NCBI RefSeq assembly: GCF_009914755.1
Contig: NC_060925.1
Source: the human T2T-CHM13v2.0 reference genome, Homo sapiens
DNA: 64,000 nt
Strand: one strand, 5' to 3'
This document shows positions 58,030-64,000 of this stretch, piece by piece. The position numbers and the translations under genes are program-made. The notes under the pieces were generated by a model. That model did not search any database. It saw nothing but the letters and a program-made list of their open reading frames with translations, and was not told the origin of the DNA. Each line of letters starts with the position of its first letter. Position 1 is the stretch's first letter.

Positions 58030-58780
58030 TCTAAGAATTACCATATGACCCAGAAATTCCATTCCTAGGAATATACCCTAAAATTGGAAATAGGTACTTA
58101 AACAAATACTTGTATTCAAATGTTTATAGAGCAATATTTATAATAACCAAAAGGTGGAAACAACCCAAAAGTCCATCAACCAATGAACAGATTGATAAAA
58201 CAGGTTGTCACAACAAAATACCATATACTGGGTACATAAAACAGCAGAAATGTATTTCCGCAGTCTGAAAGCTGGAAGTCCAAGATCAGGTTCAGCATGG
58301 TTGAGGTTCTGGTGCGGGTTCTCTTCCTGTTTTCTAGAAATCCACCTTTTTTTCTCTGTCCTTATAAGGCAGGGAGAGCTCTAGTGTCCCTTTATCTTCT
58401 TATAAGGGCACCAACTCTACTGGATCAGGGCTTTACATTTATGACTTCATTTAACCTTAATTATCTCCTTAAAGGCCTTCTCTCCAATTTAGTCACGTGG
58501 GAGGCTAGGGTTTCAACATATGAATTTGAGGAGGGTCACACTCCAGTCCATAGCAATAGGTAAATCTATAAAAACAAAAAGCAAATGGGTGCTTCTAGGG
58601 GATAGGGAGGAGGGAGAAATTGGGAGTAAATGCTTAATTGTCTCCCAGTTTTATTTGGGGCTGATGAAAAGATTTTGGAATTAAAATGGTGGTTGTAAAA
58701 CTGTGAATGTACTAAATACCACTGAGTTGCTAGTTTTAAAATGGTTATTTCTATGCTATGTGAACTTTACCTCGATGAAA
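58030..58780. mobile_element. L1M 3' fragment (+) interrupted by an MLT1A-like LTR (~58200-58555, -)
   Basis: ttaccatatgacccagaaattcc...; ctggaagtccaagatcagg...gggtttcaacatatgaattt; tgaatgtactaaataccactga. Confidence 0.6.
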
Positions 58781-61407
58781 ACAGAAGCAAAAACAAAAAG
58801 ATTAAGCAAAAAGGTAAGTCAGAAAAAAGAGAAAAAGAAATCAACATTCTTTCATAGCTAGCTCTGCCATTCACATGCCCCAGTTCCCAATAGATAGTCT
58901 CTTTGTCTCTCAGCTTAAATGTTAAGTTTCAAAGAGAAATATATCTGTCATATAATGCTATAATAATTCCGTATAATAACCCATCCCAGAATTCAGGGAT
59001 ATACAATCATAATCATTTATTTCTTGCTCACTTGTTTGTGGGCTCATTTTGGATGAGCTTGACTCTGAACTACAGATTGCGTTCAGGTCTATTCCTTGGG
59101 TCTATCAACCTCCTTGGACACCCACATAGAAAAATGTACTACCTGGGGTATATTCTTCTCACAGACAAAGGCTAGTAACTCAAGAGGACAAGCCCAAATT
59201 TACATGCACATTTAAAGCCTTTGCTCAAGTTGTATCCTCTGACAACATTCCATTGGCAAGTTTCACAGCTGACTTCAACATCAATAGGAAGAAAAAATAT
59301 ACTTGATTTTTAGTGGGAAGAATTGCAAAGCCATATGGCAAAAGGCATGGGTAACTGGAGTGGGAATGGGGTCATAGTTCATTAATATAAATACGGTTGT
59401 CAGGGGCCCCTGTTCTAGATGGGGAGCAAAGAAGGCAGTCACTGTGAGCTTCATAGATACCCTGAAGAGTGCATACTTTCCAACCCATGGAAGACCAGAA
59501 AAGACTAGTTTAAAATCTTTCTCCGTCCACGTGAGCACCAAAGCATTTGCACACGGCCCAGTTACACATGCACACTCACACCCACACCTGCATATACATA
59601 CACACTCATACACTCCATTATCAGAGTAAAGGTTCTTAAGTGGGAAAAGATTATCTGGAGTTAGCAAGGGTTTCTATACAATCTACAAATTGCAATTGTT
59701 GCTTTTTTAGCTGTAGTTATTATATTCCTGATCTGATAAAGGAGTTGCAGCTGCAGCTATGAAGAGATGGGACTCTGATTCGTGAAGTCTTTAATCTATA
59801 AAATGTCATGAAATTAAGTATTAGTAGGTTTGATTGATAACCACACAAACTGGACACCATTTTTTATTGGATTTTAGTCTCTTGTATAATTTCAAAAGGA
59901 CCCATAGGCCAAGACTACATTAGATTTGGTCACATCATCATCTTCCAGTTCTATCTTCTGTTCTTATTCTCTACTTGTGTCTTTTAAAGCTATTTCTCTG
60001 AACAGCCAGATTTTGATATTTCTAAAGCACAGTCACCTGAGGTTTGTCCACTTGAGACAGAGGTTAAGAGGATGAGCTGTGGAATCAGACAGATGTGAAG
60101 TTAAATCTTGGCTTTGCCATGTACTAGCTCAATGACCTTGTCAAGTTATTTAAATCTCACATGTAAAATACTGATAATAATACCAGATCTTAGAGTTGTT
60201 TTAAGGAGAGGTACTATTGTCATAGCAGTGACAGTACTTGATTGAAAGATGCCAGCAGAACCAAGCAAAGAATATAGGTCCAAAAATGTAGGCAAGTCAC
60301 AGAATTTACAATACACGGAGAGCTACACAGAATAGGAGGCACAGCAGCAGTCCCAGTTAGGCAAATGAAGGGTGGAGGGGACAGAGCTTCTCTAGCCTTC
60401 AAGAATCTAGAGATGTATACCACTACTAATTTTTCAAAAAACCTACATGCTGGGTGAAAAAACCCATCAGCTTTTTTGAGATGCTCCTTTTGATATTCTC
60501 ATAAAGTGTTTTATAGCCTTCTGGCCCTTCCTGACTGTTATGGAACTCTGATAAGGGTGTATCTGTCTGCTAGGTGCAAGTTTCTCTTAACAGCATGGCA
60601 TTTCCCTGAGGATTTGCTGTGAGCGTGCATTCAAGGTCAGTTTGTTAGTACCATTCCTCCGAGTAAGCTCAATCCTTGCACTACTTAAAATCAACTCTAG
60701 GAATCGGTAAAGCGTTTAGCTAAGTTTTAAAATGTGTCAAAATAGAAATTATGTATGTTCTATTCATTACTGTATCCTTAGTATCTATCTAGCAGTATGA
60801 TTGGCATAAAGTCAGTAAGAAATATTTGTTGGGCAGATAAAGAATAAAAAATTGGATAAATTGGCTCAATAAACAGGAATTATTTTTCACTTGGTGTGTA
60901 ATCAGTGAATGAGCCTTAACTATTTTCTCTTTTCTTTCCATTTAAATACCTGTCACTATTGAACATCCTGGGCACTATTTTAAACACTTTAAATAGTCAT
61001 CTAATTCAGCCTTAGGAAGTAGGTATTCCAATTTTTATAGATGAGGAAACTGAGGCTCATAGAAAAGGTAAGCAACTTTCCCAAGTTAATGGAGAGTAAG
61101 TAAGCAAAGCTGGAATTCTCACTCAGGACTCTCCTGTGCTTTCTGAGTTTCTCTGGCATAGGAGATGCATGTTCCAGAAGCTTGAAATATTTTGCCAATA
61201 CTTGTATTTGCTGGACTTCCAGTTTCTCCTGGAAGTCAATCTGTGAATAACTTCGGCTATTTCTCCCAAGCCTGCCTTTTCAGCTTGTGTATATGAAGGC
61301 AGAGGAAGTGAGAACAGCGATCAATAGGTGTTTAAAGTCAGAGAGCCCAAGGATATAAAAATTGATGGACTAAGTACAGGAGGGCCATGAGTTTAACAGC
61401 TTGTGAG

Positions 61408-61580
61408 ACAGTGGTTCTCAACTTTGGCTGCACATTAGAATCATCTGGGAAGCTTTTACAAGTACCAGTGCCCAGGACCAATTAAACCAAAACCCATGGG
61501 GTTGGCACCCAGGCATCAGAATGCTTTAAAGTTTCCCAGGTGATTCCAATATACATCCAAGTATAAGAAACATGCTGAAA
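61408..61580. mobile_element. MER5-like DNA transposon relic (similar relics near 3140-3310 and 33110-33270)
   Basis: cagtggttctcaactttggctgcacattagaatcatctggg...cccaggtgattc. Confidence 0.6.
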
Positions 61581-62949
61581 GAGAATGATACGATGCTAAC
61601 CTGCCAGTCATTCTGTAAGAAGGGGATGCAGCTAATGAGAGAGGAAAGAGAAAGCCAAGGTGAAATACCATCTGTGACCAAAGGGGACCATTTTGATGAC
61701 TTATTACGTGCATCATCCCTGCCAAAATTCCTTACAATGTACCACTAACTTCTGATCTTTGGATTTCCTAATTAATTCAAGTTACAGAGTTAAAATGTAA
61801 TTTTTTAGTATAGCATTATGATTTTGAAAAATCAGTACAAGGTTTTTCCTATAGTCCCTACTAATGTATGGATGTGGGGACACCTCAACACTGTCTTGAG
61901 AAATGATGCATTTACTTTTCAATTTTTGGTCATGAAGTTCACAGATGATAGGTTTGAGTTTTGTAATGCTTGATTTTATGGAGTTTTTGGTTGTTTGTAT
62001 ATTTGTTTCTAATTATTATTATTCTTTATAAATAAATTTAGAGGTGCAAAATTGTGTCAGAGATTTTCTCCACAGATAATAGGAATTCCCTAATTCCTAT
62101 CAAAACCATAACTTGATAAAATCTGAGATTGAGAAAGGCACTCTTGAAGTTCTGCCTCTTTTAAAATATTTTGTGCCTCTAGATATATTTGGAAAACTAA
62201 GCATGTGGCAGTTGCTCCTCCCACAGGGTATGAAATCCCATCTTGTACATGGATTACATCATGTAAATTTAGAAATGACAAACTGATACACAACCTTTCA
62301 GATGTGAAAACCAATTAGTGTTTATGTGGGGCTGGGCTCTAAGAATAGAATGATTTGACCTAGTTAGCTGTCCAGAAGAAGAAAACCAGGGATCCAGAGT
62401 TTGGAACTGTAAAACAGATACATTTGGGATTAATTTTTCACACTACAAAAGGGTCCATCAAAGGTTTCTTTAAATAGCTTGCCTAGTGCACTTAGAATGG
62501 AATGCAGTTTATAAAAGTTGAATATAACTTATAAAATTTTAATTTACTCAAAGTTTTTCTGGGTTACAACAATTGTGTAAGATGATAGCACCATGACACT
62601 GATGTTCCTAGGAAGAATGAAGAAGGGAGAGCAGCAAGGGGACCGTGTCCATTTGCTTCAGTATAGCAGATGTTTACCAGATAACAGTGGCCATGTCTCC
62701 TCCTCATCACCCCAGGTCAAATACTCCCCTCTTTCATCTACCACCTCTCTTGCACTCTTTTTTGTACTAAAATTTTCAAATATTCCCTTTTCTTCCAATC
62801 TTTCTATCCTCTCTCCATCCCTAACTTCTTGTCAACTCACCACAATCAGCAATTTCAGCACCTTGCTCATGACCACTGTAAATGTTCTCAAACATTGCTT
62901 CCTCTTTCCATGGGTCTTCTTGTTGTTTCTACAATCCCATGGCTTCAAC

Positions 62950-63035
62950 TCACACCACATACATGCACACACACACACACACATACACATGCACACACAC
63001 ACATCTACACACACATACATTCCTCCACACACACA
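62950..63035. repeat. Imperfect (CA)n low-complexity tract
   Basis: Read directly. Confidence 0.85.
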
Positions 63036-64000
63036 ATTGAACCCCAGATCATTTATTCAGCCTTGACCTCTCTGCTTCCTAGCGTTTGCAACATCTTTAA
63101 CTTCTCTCCTGTTCCAGCTTCCTCATGCTCTAACCCACCTACTACCATCATAATTTTTATTATGTAGAACTCCAATTCTAATTATATTATTTGCATTAAA
63201 ACCTTCAATAATTCTCCATTGCTTCTAAAATTAAGTGAATTCCGGAGTCCAATTGATTCAGGAGTCCGAAATCCTCAGTGATACACGTTTTCATCATACG
63301 TTCCAGTGGTTCTAAACAGAGAGTGATACTGTCGCTCTCTCTCTTCTCAGATGCATCCTAGGCTTTTTGAACTGTGGGAGGCTTTTTTGTTTGTTTGTTT
63401 GTTTGTTTTTGTATTCCCAAGGACTAAAGAGATGCTATTACCATTTAGTGAGCTGGGACCAGAATGTTGAGGTTTCTCCAATGTTTTGGGCAATCTCAAA
63501 AAACAAAAAATTATCTTACACAAAATGACAATAGCATTCTTGGAGAGGAAAACTACAGACAAACTAGAAGTTCCACTAGTTCCCATAAACACCCCATGTT
63601 TATCCTACCATCAACCTATCACTGTATCTTAACAGTTTTTTTAACCTTGACATCCCCCTTATCTTGTCAAAATATTAACCAGCCTTCAGTAATTATCTCA
63701 ATCAGCGTAATCACTATGTCATGAAGAAGTATTTTCTGGGGGCTACCCCATCTCGATTCATGCCTCACTAAAGACCACAGCACTCTGTGCCACGTTATAA
63801 TTCATGTTATTTTTTCTTATGTGTCTTATTCCCTATTAGATCATAAATATGTTAAAAACAGAAATTCTCTTCTTTTTTGTTTTGTTCAGGTGCCTACAAT
63901 ATCTCATTTATTATTTAATTGCATGTGGTGAATATTAAATATTTTTATTTATAATAAACTAGGAAAATTATTAGTTAGGCTGTAAATACCAGGCTTTGTA

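Overview
Human (primate) genomic DNA from the 3' half of the cardiac kinase gene TNNI3K (+ strand; also used by the FPGT-TNNI3K read-through). Six coding exons are present (1464-1516, 1858-1910, 4874-5006, 28822-28931, 54591-54650, 57498-57667; probably exons 18-23, numbering from recall). They encode the kinase C-lobe from the catalytic loop through DFG and APE into the Ser-rich tail. The four coding exons of the antisense gene LRRC53 (single-pass LRR protein, 1247 codons when spliced by hand) sit inside one TNNI3K intron (28932-54590). The rest is intronic and repeat-rich. The main repeat feature is a four-level retrotransposon nest at ~6.45-17.2 kb: ancient L1M > L1PA8-11-like > twin-primed L1PA2 > AluYa-type plus L1HS-Ta1, with readable target-site duplications (TSDs) for the three youngest events. 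There is also a solo LTR12/ERV9 LTR, further Alus, MLT/MER/L2 relics and microsatellites. I see no wholly new gene system. The best leads are: (i) a likely missing signal-peptide N-terminus of LRRC53; (ii) a possibly polymorphic L1HS-Ta1 that creates a ~0.9 kb inverted repeat and a sense poly(A) signal in the TNNI3K pre-mRNA; (iii) a YAG|GTGAGT recursive-splice-like site in LRRC53; (iv) a 47-bp-arm palindrome; (v) a weak TNNI3K donor at the junction known to be mis-spliced in mice. Repeat subfamily calls are by eye against remembered consensus sequences.
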